Of a DNA stretch of 64,000 nt, positions 1 through 21,659 are shown piece by piece. The translations under genes were made by a program, and so were the position numbers. Location of the stretch: assembly GCF_009914755.1 (NCBI RefSeq), contig NC_060937.1; one strand, 5' to 3'. The stretch is from the human T2T-CHM13v2.0 reference genome, Homo sapiens. Under the pieces are notes generated by a model. It worked only from the letters and a program-made list of their open reading frames with translations, searched no databases and was not told the DNA's origin. Positions within the stretch are counted from its first letter, which is position 1. Each line of letters opens with the position of its first letter.

Positions 1-953
1 AAGAAGGCACGACTGGCAAGACCTGCAGCAAATGACAGTGTCCACACCCTATCTAAATCCATGCCCTATCTTGGGCAGTCCACCACTGCTTAGCTCCATT
101 TCACTGACGCCAAGTGGGAAAACGGGCCTACTACCACTAGATTGATCAGTTTTGAAAAGAAGAAATCTGGTTTTCTTTGTGAAATCACTCACATAGATTT
201 TATTGGTTGGGGAGAACTTAAGGGCTGGACTTTGCCTGTAGGCTGCCTTTTTATCATTTTCAATTAAAGGTAAAGAGATGGCATAATATTCTATAAAGAT
301 GACAAAAAAAAGTAGTTAATAGGGATAAGAAATTTTATTTACATGGAAAAGGGATGAAAGCATGATGGAACTGGAAGAGAAGGAACAAATCCTCACACTG
401 GAAGCCCACCATAACTTACAACACAGCTCAGTAACACAACGTTAAAATGATCCAATAACTAAAGCATCTACATGTCTCACCCCAAATCCCTTAATTTTTC
501 TGTAATTAAAAACTGTTTCCCTCCAACTTACCTGGCAGATATATGGCTGCAGATTGCAGGTGGATTTTAACTTTTTTACAAAACACTACCGTAAAAATCC
601 TTATTTTGTGTCTTGGTTATGTTAGCAGATACATGAATATTTCAATGATAACATAGCAGTACTTCTTACATGTCAATAGCTCAGTGAGCAATGCCACCAT
701 TGCTGTTTAGGGAATGTTTGTCCAATTACGTGAATACCTTACTTTTCCCCCTATATTTTCATTTTTTAAAATGAGCAAACAAAAAGAGAAATAAATGTTA
801 ATACTAGTGACACAATACGTAAGTCTCACTGACAACTGACACAAATATGGAAATAATGAGGCATGTCAAAAGCACTATTCCTTAGCCTCAGTCATGGAAC
901 ATATGCCAGTTAAATGTGTTTAACTGTGGGGGAAAAAAGTAAAGAATATATAT

Positions 954-1255
954 GGGCTGGGCAAGGTGACTTGCATCTGTAATCCTAGCATTTTGGGAGG
1001 CCGAAGTGGGAGGATCACTCAAGCCCAGGAGTTTGAGACAGGCCTGGGCAACGTAGCAAGACCCCATCTCCATAAGAAATAAATAAATTAGCTGGGTGTG
1101 GTAGTGCACACCTGTAGACCCAGCTACTTGGGAGGCTGAGGTGGGAACACTGCTTAAGTCCAGGAGGTCAAGGCTGCAGTGAGCTGTGATGGTACTACTG
1201 CACTCTAGCCAGAGCAAGAGTGAGACTCTGTCTCAAAAAAAAGAAAAAAAAAAAA
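954..1255 (+). repeat. Alu (J-like)
   Basis: Dimeric Alu, A tail, TSD aaagaatata(t/c)atg. Confidence 0.9.
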
Positions 1256-1385
1256 GAATATACATGAAATACATTGTTATGTTTTAGCTAAAAGATAAGC
1301 TGTAATTGAGGATATAAAGGTTTTCTTATTTGAGAACAAACTTCCTTAAAGCATGTAAATCTACTGTCTATCCCTTATAGATTAA

Positions 1386-1604
1386 TTTTTTTTTTTTTGA
1401 GATAGGGTCTTACTCTCATTGCCCAGGCTGGAGTGCAATGGTGCAATTTTGGCTCACTGCAGCTAGTTTTGTTTTGTATTTTTAGTAAAGACAGGGTTTC
1501 TCCATGTTGCCCAGGCTGGTCTCGAACTCCTGCACTCAAGTAATCCATCCATCTTGGCCTCCCAAAGTGCTGGGATTACAGGTGTGAGCCACTGTGCCCT
1601 GCCT
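1386..1604 (-). repeat. Alu with internal deletion
   Basis: Jumps cactgcAGC to tagttttgttttgtatt; TSD cttatagattaattttt. Confidence 0.85.
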
Positions 1605-2058
1605 CTTATAGATTAATTTTTGAAACGACACTGTATGAATGCAGGAAAGTTTTCATTTATTAAAATTTATAAAATAGTTCTCCACTTTTATATATAACAC
1701 ATTACTGAAAATGTGTTAAAAAGTCAATCTCATTTCCTCAACCTTCTCCAAAATAATGAACCTTTATTATAAAACCATTGTTCCCATCCAGTCACAATTA
1801 ATTTTACTACAGAATTATTTTATTATTTTTATTTTTTAGAGACTGGGTCTCCCTATGTTGTCTAGGGTGTCCTCCAGGGCTCAGGGGATTCTCCCGCCTC
1901 TGTCTCTGCAGTAGCTGGGATTATTAGGCACGTGCCACCAATTCCAGAGTCAGAATTGTCTTACACTTCTGTATCATCTGACCCTTGTTCTTCTCTAGAT
2001 TTCATATTTATTTATGGTCATTGTCCTAAGTAATTATAATTTATTTTAACCTACTTAC

Positions 2059-2191
2059 CTATTGTTGTTCTATTTTTTCCAACTAGCCAGCAGTGGTAGC
2101 TGAAAAGTGAGAGGACGCTGATGAAGAACATTGCAGACACAAAGAAAAGAAAAAGTACGTGGAATTTTGCACGTGTATCTGTCAGTTCATT
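2059..2191 (-). CDS. ZDHHC20: ZDHHC20 coding exon 8 (133 nt; NELTDTRAKFHVLFLFFVSAMFFISVLSLFSYHCWLVGKNRTTI(E), TM4 and TTxE)
   Basis: tcAG|AATGAACTG...ACAATAG|GTaagt; phase 0-1; ends inside the TTxE motif. Confidence 0.97.
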
Positions 2192-3295
2192 CTGAGGAAA
2201 AAAAGAAGTTAATTTTGAGGTCAACCTCTAAAATATAACTTACAAGTTAGTTCTGTCTAAAGATTGTTGAATATATCAAAATACTTGCCATATTTGAAAA
2301 CTAATAAATTACTTAATATATCCCAATGCAACAAGGGCAAAAGCAAAGAATTGGTATTACCAAAGCAACCTGCTTATCTAGGAGTTCAGGAAGAGTTATT
2401 TAAAATACTGCTCTTAAATTTTTTTTAATTTTAGCTTGGCATGGTGGTGCATACCTGTAATCCCAGCTATTGGGGAGACTGAGACAAGAGGGTCACTGAG
2501 CCTAGGAGTTCTAGGCCATCCTGGGCAACACAGTGAGACCCTGTCTCATAAAAAAAAAAAAAAAACAATAGCAATACTTCCAGTAATAAAGTGAAAAGAT
2601 CGACTCTTCTACCCAACAAATTTTCTTTTGTACTTTATGTATATATTCAAGCTTTCTCCAACATCCGACATATATAAGCTCCCCATATCTATACAAAAAT
2701 ATTTGCTTATTTTATTTAGATTTGCTGCTAACTAAAAACTAATTGTGAAATATTTTTGGACTTCTTTAATCTCTATTTTCAGACCACCTTACCCATGCCT
2801 TCAGCTGCTTCAATTCCTACTTTTTTCATCTGTATGTCTACAGAGCCTTTGTGCATAGTTAGCAATTTTGATAAATAAATTTACCACAGGTATTAATGAA
2901 TGAAAACAGCTTCTCTGGTATCCCTTCTTATGGCTATATACATTTTAACAGAAGCAAACTAGAGCCTAGAAGAAATTAGTACCTTTAATAGAAGGAGGCA
3001 GCCTTTAAATGTTAGCTCTTAAAATAAACCATATAGGCAAAGCATCTACTCCACCAGAACACGAGGCTGTTCTGCTTGATTTAAAAAGTATTACAGACTA
3101 AAAGAAGACTATTAGCATTAGGTTATTGTGACATTGATCTTTTTCTCTTTTCTTCCAGAGTAACCAACATGTTTCAAATGTTTCAAACATATCAAGTGAG
3201 TCTTCTGACCATTTTGTGAAGCAAATTTTTATTAAACATATTCACTATAAATGTCACAAAGATCATGAGAATGTCATGGTAATGATGTATTTTAC

Positions 3296-3331
3296 CTTTG
3301 GACAACTCTCTGTAGACTTCCTGCGGCAAAG
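3296..3331 (-). CDS. ZDHHC20: Probable alternative 36-nt cassette exon of ZDHHC20 (LCRRKSTESCPK) between exons 7 and 8
   Basis: ctatttgcacaAG|CTTTGCCGCAGGAAGTCTACAGAGAGTTGTCCAAAG|GTaaaa; phase 0-0, no stop; resembles a 12-aa insert I recall in the long mouse Zdhhc20 isoform (LCRRKSTENCPK). Confidence 0.75.
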
Positions 3332-3557
3332 CTTGTGCAAATAGAGACATATATTAAGAAACCAATTTTTATGCAAAATTATCCTAAACACTAGTTTTAT
3401 AAATCCTGTTGAAAGAACACTAAGATGTTGCTTTCTAATGGCCATCTATAACATTTTCTCAAGAAATACAAAAGAAAAAATAGACAAGAACATGTAGCTG
3501 TTCAAGCACATTTCTTTTCTTTTTTCTTTTTTTTTTTTTTTAAAGATACAAGGTCTT

Positions 3558-4035
3558 GGCTGGGCACGGTGGCTCACACCTGTAATCCCAGTACTTTGGG
3601 AGGCGGAGACAGGCGGATCACTTGAGGTTGAGTTTGAGACCAGCCTGGCCAACATGGTGAAACCCTGTCTCTACTAAAAATGCAAAAATTAGCCGGGCAT
3701 GGTGGTACACGCCTGTAATCCCAGCTACTTGGGAGGCTGAGGCAGGAGAATCACTTAACCCAGAAGGTGGAGGTTGCAGTGAGCCAATATCGCACTGCTG
3801 CACTCCAGAGGCAGGCAGATCACCTGAGGTCAAGAGTTCGAGACCAGCCTGGCCAACATGGTGAAACCCCGTCTCTACTAAAAATGCAAAAATTAGCCAG
3901 GCATGGTGGTACACGCCTGTAATCCCAGCTACTTGGGAGGCTGAGGCAGGAGAATCACTTAACCCAGAAGGTGGAGGTTGCAGTGAGCCGAGATCGCACT
4001 GCTGCACTCCAGCCTGGGCGACACAGCAAGTCTCA

Positions 4036-4066
<31 letters not shown>
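3558..4066 (+). repeat. Alu with about 200-bp internal tandem duplication, nested in an antisense Alu monomer (about 3510-4189)
   Basis: Two consecutive copies of the Alu body sharing private variants; TSD aag(a/g)tacaaggtct. Confidence 0.9.
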
Positions 4067-4068
<2 letters not shown>

Positions 4069-5404
4069 TACAAGGTCTCACTAAGGCACCAGAGCTAGGG
4101 CTAGTCTTTAACTCCTGGTCTTAAGTGATCCTCCCGCCTTGGCCTCCCAAAGTGCTGGACTACAGGCGTGAGCCACCTGCGCTGGGCCTGCAGACACATT
4201 TCAGTCTGGGGAAGAATAAAATAAAATGTTTTTAGCCAATATTGAAAACAAACAAACAAACCTCTGACTAGTTTCCAAAAACTAGATCTGATGACTTCTA
4301 ACCACCTTCACTGCTTCTACCTTATTCCAGCCGGGATGCTGCAACAGCCTACCATGTCAGCCTGTGTATTGGCACTTGCCCTCTCCCATCTATTCTCAGC
4401 TCAGCAATCAGAGTGAGCCTTGCACAAATCAGATCATGTCCCAACCTGGCTGCTAGTAAAAGCCACAGTCATTTCAATACTCTCCAAGGCCCTCTGTCAT
4501 TTTGGCCCCCTCTTGGTCCATTCCTTTCAGTCTCCTTTCTGCTCATTCTACCCCAGCCACAGTAGCCTTCTTGTGTTACTGAAACATGGCAGGGACACGT
4601 ATCATGTTCTCTGGGCCTGAATGCTCTTCTCTCAGATATCCATTAATTCCCTTCAAGTTTTTGCTTAAATCCTACCTTCTAAATAAGGTCTACCCTGACT
4701 GTGCTATTCAATATTGCCACCTGCCCTATCATGCCACCGCCCAATACTTAAATCTCTTACCCTGCTCATTATTTATTACTTGTCCCCCTCCTTCTCAAAA
4801 GCAAGCTCTACAAAGAGAGAACTCTGCCCGTTTTTTCAGAGATATACTACAAGTCTCTAGAGTACTACCTGCCATACAGTAAGTACTAAATACATATTTA
4901 TTGAATGAAGAAAAAGGTATATTTACGTTTACAAGTCTTTTTTTACTCAGAATTAATCCAAAAAAGTTATTCATTCTTTAATAAATCATTGCACACAAAC
5001 ATTGCTGAATTTTCTGATAGAGAAATGTGAAATTAGGTAATTTAGATTTCATCTATCTGGCACTAAATCTGTTTAAATAAGGGGTATGGTTAGTATGTTG
5101 TGAACTGAACAAAGGTGCCCAGCTAAGGGGGAAATCAAAAGCCAAAATTCATGAGGCTGACACCACACAGGTAGGGGTGTTCTCTTCTAATATGTGCAAA
5201 GGCATTGTAAGTGTTAGGATCCCCTGGTTTTACATACCCAAACTTTAAACATCTAATGATGTTTAAATCCTTCTAAAATGTAGTAGGTATCTCCTACTTT
5301 AATTATATTCTTTAATTATAATTATATTCTTCCTAACTATGAGTAGCAAGTTATAGTGGAAAGTAGCTGGATGCTGGAATAGCCAGATTTTAGTTTAAAT
5401 TCTT

Positions 5405-6625
<1,221 letters not shown>

Positions 6626-6885
6626 CCTTCAAAAGGTTTTTAGAAAGAGTAGATGTAAAAGTACTTTTTAACTACAATAATCCCTCCTCCAAAATCAGAG
6701 ATTTAAAGGTAAAACCAAAAATAACAAAAGTGCCAGAGGAAAAAAATAGGACAATATCTGTATAAATTTATATGGAATAGACAACAGACAGGTATCATAT
6801 ATAAAAAGAACTGCTTTAAAAATATAAAACTTTGATGTGACAAAAACAAAAGAAAGCAGAAATGTAAGACATAAACAGAAAATGT

Positions 6886-9740
<2,855 letters not shown>

Positions 9741-10301
9741 AAATTTTTAAAAAATGGCACATGCACAGAGAAAATTAAAATAATGCTAAAAAGCTATTAA
9801 TGAAAAACAGCAGTTCTCCCACTTCCAAGAGGCAGTTACTTTCAATGTTTTTGGTAGTTTTTCCTCAAAAAATATATACTTCCATACTAAAAAAAATTTT
9901 AAAGCTATATTTATCTGTTTTGAATATATTACTATTTGTCCATGTTATACAAAATCCAAAGGATAACTGTAGAAAGCATGTCTCCCTTCTAAGTGCCCTC
10001 CCCAGAGGCAACCAGTTAAGAATTTTTTACTGCATTCTTCCAGATAAAACATATACAAATATATATACATGTTATTTTGCTGTAGAAACGGCAGCATACT
10101 ATATGCATTCTTCCGTACCTTGTTTTTTTCACGTTAATAAAAGATCTCAAAGATCACTTCACATCATTTGTTATAAAGAGCTTCCTTATTCTTTCTTAAG
10201 CTGCATTGCATTCCTTTGTATAGATGTGTCATAGTTTCAGGGGACCTCAGTTGATAAGACATTTGATTGTTTTCATTCATTTGCCATTTTAAGAAATGCT
10301 G

Positions 10302-10386
10302 TAAAATCTATAAAGACAGGAAGCAGTTTAGTGGCTGCCTGGGGCTGAGGCAACCACTAAACTGCTTCCTGTCTTTATAGATTTTA
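10302..10386. repeat. Inverted repeat: 39-bp arms, 7-nt loop, one mismatch
   Basis: taaaatctataaagacaggaagcagtttagtggctgcct-ggggctg-aggcaaccactaaactgcttcctgtctttatagatttta. Confidence 0.97.
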
Positions 10387-10712
10387 TTACTATAAAATTG
10401 CAGTAAGTCTCACCAACTCAAAGAAAAGCAATTTACCTCCCTAAAATGAATATGTCTTTGTTAGAATGTGGGTGAAAATAATTTGGATCACTAAAAGAGG
10501 CTCACTATATCCTGTTTAATACACATTTATTTACAAATAAACATGTGTATATGAAAGTAAATTGTAGCCCTATCTGTCCTCTGATGGATTTATAAAACTC
10601 TAACTTGTAAAATTAAAGTATATCTACTTGTCATAAAAAATAAAGTAATTTATTAGGAAGATAGCATCTTAAAGTCTTAAATACATGTTTCAAGATAGAA
10701 AAAAAGACTTAC

Positions 10713-10833
10713 CGTCCAAAATTTTATAAAGTACTCTAAAACTGTTGCAGCCACGAAAAGGCAATATAATAGGGAATACAATAAAAACAGCAGGAAGAAT
10801 TTGTAATTAGAAAATCCCACACAGTTATTCACC
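10713..10833 (-). CDS. ZDHHC20: ZDHHC20 coding exon 7 (121 nt; [42 protein letters not shown]3)
   Basis: ccAG|GGTGAATAAC...TGGACG|GTaagt; WVNNCVG-N-K-F DHHC signature; phase 2-0. Confidence 0.97.
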
Positions 10834-11057
10834 CTGGAAAAATAAAGAAAGCCACATTATAAAAGTAAGACAAATCACAAATTCACAGAAATAGAAAGTA
10901 GGATGGAGGCTGCCAGGGGCTGGTGTGGTGTGGGGAAGGGGAGCTTTTTAATGCGAATAAAATTTCAGTTTTGCAGGATGAAAAAGTTCTGGAGATTAAT
11001 TGCACAACAATTTGAACATACTTAACACTACTGAACTGTACCCTAAGAAATGGTTAA

Positions 11058-11650
<593 letters not shown>

Positions 11651-11992
11651 ACAAATCAGAAAACTAGAAAACTTAATCATTATTACCTAGAAATGGGTCA
11701 TCTGGGAAGTTGAGTGGTGTCTTAATTGTGAATGTTTGTATTTAATAAATTCCATAAGGAATGTGGAATTTTAATGTTAATTCTTAATACATTGTTATTT
11801 GGGTTAATTTCAGCAGATATTTTAATAGAAACCATTTAATATAACTGTTTACATACAAATCTATGCATATATGTAAAGAGATCAATCTTAATATCTATGA
11901 GTAAACTGGCCTTCAAAATTTAGGAATACTGAAGTTACTCTAAATTCTCTCTCTCACCACCAATGCAATTTCTTCTGTTTTTTTATACATAC

Positions 11993-12025
11993 CAAGGACA
12001 GTGATGATCCATCTTAAGAATACAT
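11993..12025 (-). CDS. ZDHHC20: ZDHHC20 coding exon 6 (33 nt; CILKMDHHCP(W), catalytic DHHC motif)
   Basis: ctAG|ATGTATTCTTAAGATGGATCATCACTGTCCTTG|GTatgt; encodes Asp-His-His-Cys; phase 2-2. Confidence 0.97.
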
Positions 12026-13136
12026 CTAGGAAACAAACAAGCATAAGAAAATCCATGCAGAAAAATTCTTCTAATTCTAACTTCTCATAATTTTCTTTTA
12101 TTTGACTTAAAATTCCCTTTACAACTACATCTTAAGAGAATCAACCCAGAAACTAGGTTAGAGATAATTTCTGATGCTTCCACAAGAATGTTCATAGGTA
12201 AAAAGTCATGATTTTTATACTGGGAATTCAGCTGAACATATTCAGCTGCCTTAGACCACATCAAATAATACTGTAATATTTAGATCTGGGCTGGGCACAG
12301 TGGCTCATGCGTGTAATTAATTCCAGCACTTTGGGAGGTGGAGGCGATAGGATCATTTGAGGTCATGAGTTCGAGACCAGCCTGGCTGACATAGTGAGAC
12401 CCTGTCCTGAAAAAAACAAAATTCAGATCTGGTACACAGTACTTGGTACATTAGATCCAGCTAACAAATTAGCTGAAGGAGATAAAATGCAATACAGATG
12501 GCCCCTATGTTATTTTAAACATATGCAGGTCATAAAAACAAAAGTTTAGGAGGAAATAAGTCAAAATATTAACACTGATGGGCTTGGAGATGGTTATTTT
12601 TCCACATATTCTATAAAATTTTACCCTATGCATAAGCACTACTGTATTTTTGTAATAAAAAAAACCCACCAAACTCCAAATTTGCCTCCCTACTAGAATA
12701 TGTATTCTATACTTATATGAAGGTAGACCACAGATCATCTAAAAAAAATAACAAAATGAGTAATCTAATACTTAGAAAGTTAAGTAACTGTGTTACTAAA
12801 AGTCAAGGATTATCTGGGATTCCAAACTAACGATCTTTCCTTCAACATATTATCTCCTTACATGTACACAAAGACTTACATTAAGCACAAGCATAGACAG
12901 CATAAAGTCCAAGAAAATTCTATTAACTGGTATAGGAACTGTTATCAAAGATACAACTTGTGAGTATATTCCAGCTTTTATCAATATTTTTGTCTGCCCT
13001 GTATGCACAGCAAATAATGGGAGAGGATGAAGTGTTCTTGTCAAGTGTAAAGCATATAAAATGTTCCTTCCCCTTGCACTTTCCCATCACTGATTTCCAG
13101 TGCTAGATATTAAGCATATGTGTGAGTAACACTTAC

Positions 13137-13206
13137 GAGTCACAGGCTGAGCAGTGATGCGCCCGATCAGGTTTAATCAGCTGACATTTTTCACAATATC
13201 TGATAG
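13137..13206 (-). CDS. ZDHHC20: ZDHHC20 coding exon 5 (70 nt; (T)IRYCEKCQLIKPDRAHHCSACD(S), cysteine-rich zinc-binding domain)
   Basis: gtAG|CTATCAGA...TGTGACTC|GTaagt; CxxC...HHCxxC motif of DHHC-CRD; phase 1-2. Confidence 0.97.
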
Positions 13207-13913
13207 CTACATGAAAGAAGTAAAAGGAAGATGCTGAAGGATGTACAAACTTAACTAATTTGACATTAAAACTTGATTTTCTAAAAAAAATAACTCTGGG
13301 TAATTGATAACTAATAATTTTAAAACAATACCAACAATACCAAAATGTATTATACTAGAGAGCTTCTCAAATCAAAATGTCAAGAGATAAAAGAGAACAT
13401 CAGAATGTAGTTTGCTCAGCAATTTTTAGATGAAAAGTAGATGCAAAGCAAATAAATGACTCATACAAGGTCAAACACCAGGGTGAGTAGCAGAACTAGA
13501 CCAGAACTCAAGATTTAGTAAGTCCCAGGTCCAGTGTTTTTTTCTATTATACCACAATGCCTACAGTAATATCAAAATTTAGACTTTTAAGGCATCCTGT
13601 GGGATTGTTTTTGAAATTCTGAAATAGTTTTATTAAAAAAAAAAAACACTTTTTATCTGCCATCCCTACCCCAGATAAACAATAAAACTGGGAATGCATT
13701 TTTGAATAAAAACTCTGAATTGTTTTCCACTAAATCCTAATATATACTATTGTTGCCTAATACATATGTTCATTTAAAATGTATGGAACACCTGCTAGGT
13801 GCCAGATATTGTTCATGCCTTCACAGACCTTTCATTTTACAGGAAGCAATGGGGAGTAATAATAAACAAGTTAACAAAATAAATAATGTATTAGACAGTG
13901 ATAATATAGATAG

Positions 13914-15261
<1,348 letters not shown>

Positions 15262-16730
15262 TTAGAAGCTATAGCTCATAGAAAGCTCTATCCAGGTAAC
15301 CAAATTTGCATTAGTTAATATTTAGCTATTTGATTGTCACTTGTATATAGTTCTACAATACTCTGTTATATATAAAACATTTCTGCTAGGATACACAAGA
15401 AAAGGTGGTAGCCTCTGATGAGTGGTGTCATGGGTGAGATGTGTAGACTCAATCTTTTTTGGTGCCCCTAAAAATTTTTTTTTTTAAATAATGGACATGT
15501 ATTACTTCTATAATGTAAATAAGAATTTCTCTAGAACAAAGGGAATTTACACAAATATCTACTTATTAAATGTTATTTTTAACAAAAATCATTTTCATTT
15601 ATTTAAGCCTTTAAAATAAAATATTCATTTAATATGATACAGAGGCAATAAAATACATAATTTAATTGACTTTTCAAATTCATTTAAAAATAGAGAGCTA
15701 CCGCTTTAGAAATCTAGCTCAGCTATTTTTTTCCCTCTAGCACATTAGGGAAAAAGACACAAGTCACAAGATAATCCCACATCACATAAGAAAGCCAAGT
15801 TCTGTCTCACTCACCTGTCTTGATCAACAGGGAGGAAAAACCTGTTTGCTGCAGCTGCTGGCATCTGGGCCCTTGATTTTGGGTGTGTTGAAATTACCAT
15901 ATGAGTTCTCAGGGTGCTTTTAGTGCACCTGTTTTCTGATTGATGAGCAATGTGTAGGAGGTACTTAGCTGCTAGACTGAAAATCTTCCTTTTCCACTAC
16001 TGGGAGCATATTCTTTGACACTCTCTAAGAAGGAAATCTGTACACCCTCTCCTCCACTATCGCTTAAAATTATTTAGTCCATTTTAGTATTTGTCTAATG
16101 ATGGAAAAATATGGAGACCTATTCAACTGTAAATGAAAACCTTATATAAAAAGATAAATGCTACAAATTTTAAAAGCAGAATCCCTCATCACTTAATTGG
16201 AAGGGCTAAGTTAAGTCCCTGTTTCCATAATGCTTGGGTGCACCAGCAGGATCTGAACTCAGAACATACAAATGCAAAAAGCCCTTTCAGCCAAAACATT
16301 TGAAACGGACTCTGTGAGGCAGTGAAAACATCCAACGTAAAATGGAACAAAACCACTAAGGACTGAGTGGTTAAGATTGTGTATTCTGATTGCTGCAGAA
16401 TGAGGGAAAGGAAATTAAATCAGATCTTAACTGAAAGCCCAACACTTGACCAGTTATTTCCCCCTGGCAGCCATAAACCCCTGCTGCCATATATCAAATA
16501 CTCCTGGCTTCCCTTGGCTACACCTACTTACAGCATCTAAGCAACTTGCCTGGCTGGTGGGTCCCTTCTGACTTTTGGGCCCTGGGACATCTTCTCTTTT
16601 TCAAATACTGTTTAATACTCATTTCCCGATCACTCCTGGACTTGATTCTTCTTATACTACTTACTCCTGCACATCTAATTGACTCTAGTTAAGCATTTCA
16701 ACCAGGTTTCTGTTATTTGTGCTTTTCTAT

Positions 16731-21659
<4,929 letters not shown>

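Noticed and set aside
524-538. ACTTACCTGGCAG resembles the U1 snRNA 5' end
   Set aside because: Similarity stops after about 13 nt. It is simply the complement of a consensus splice donor, not a U1 pseudogene.
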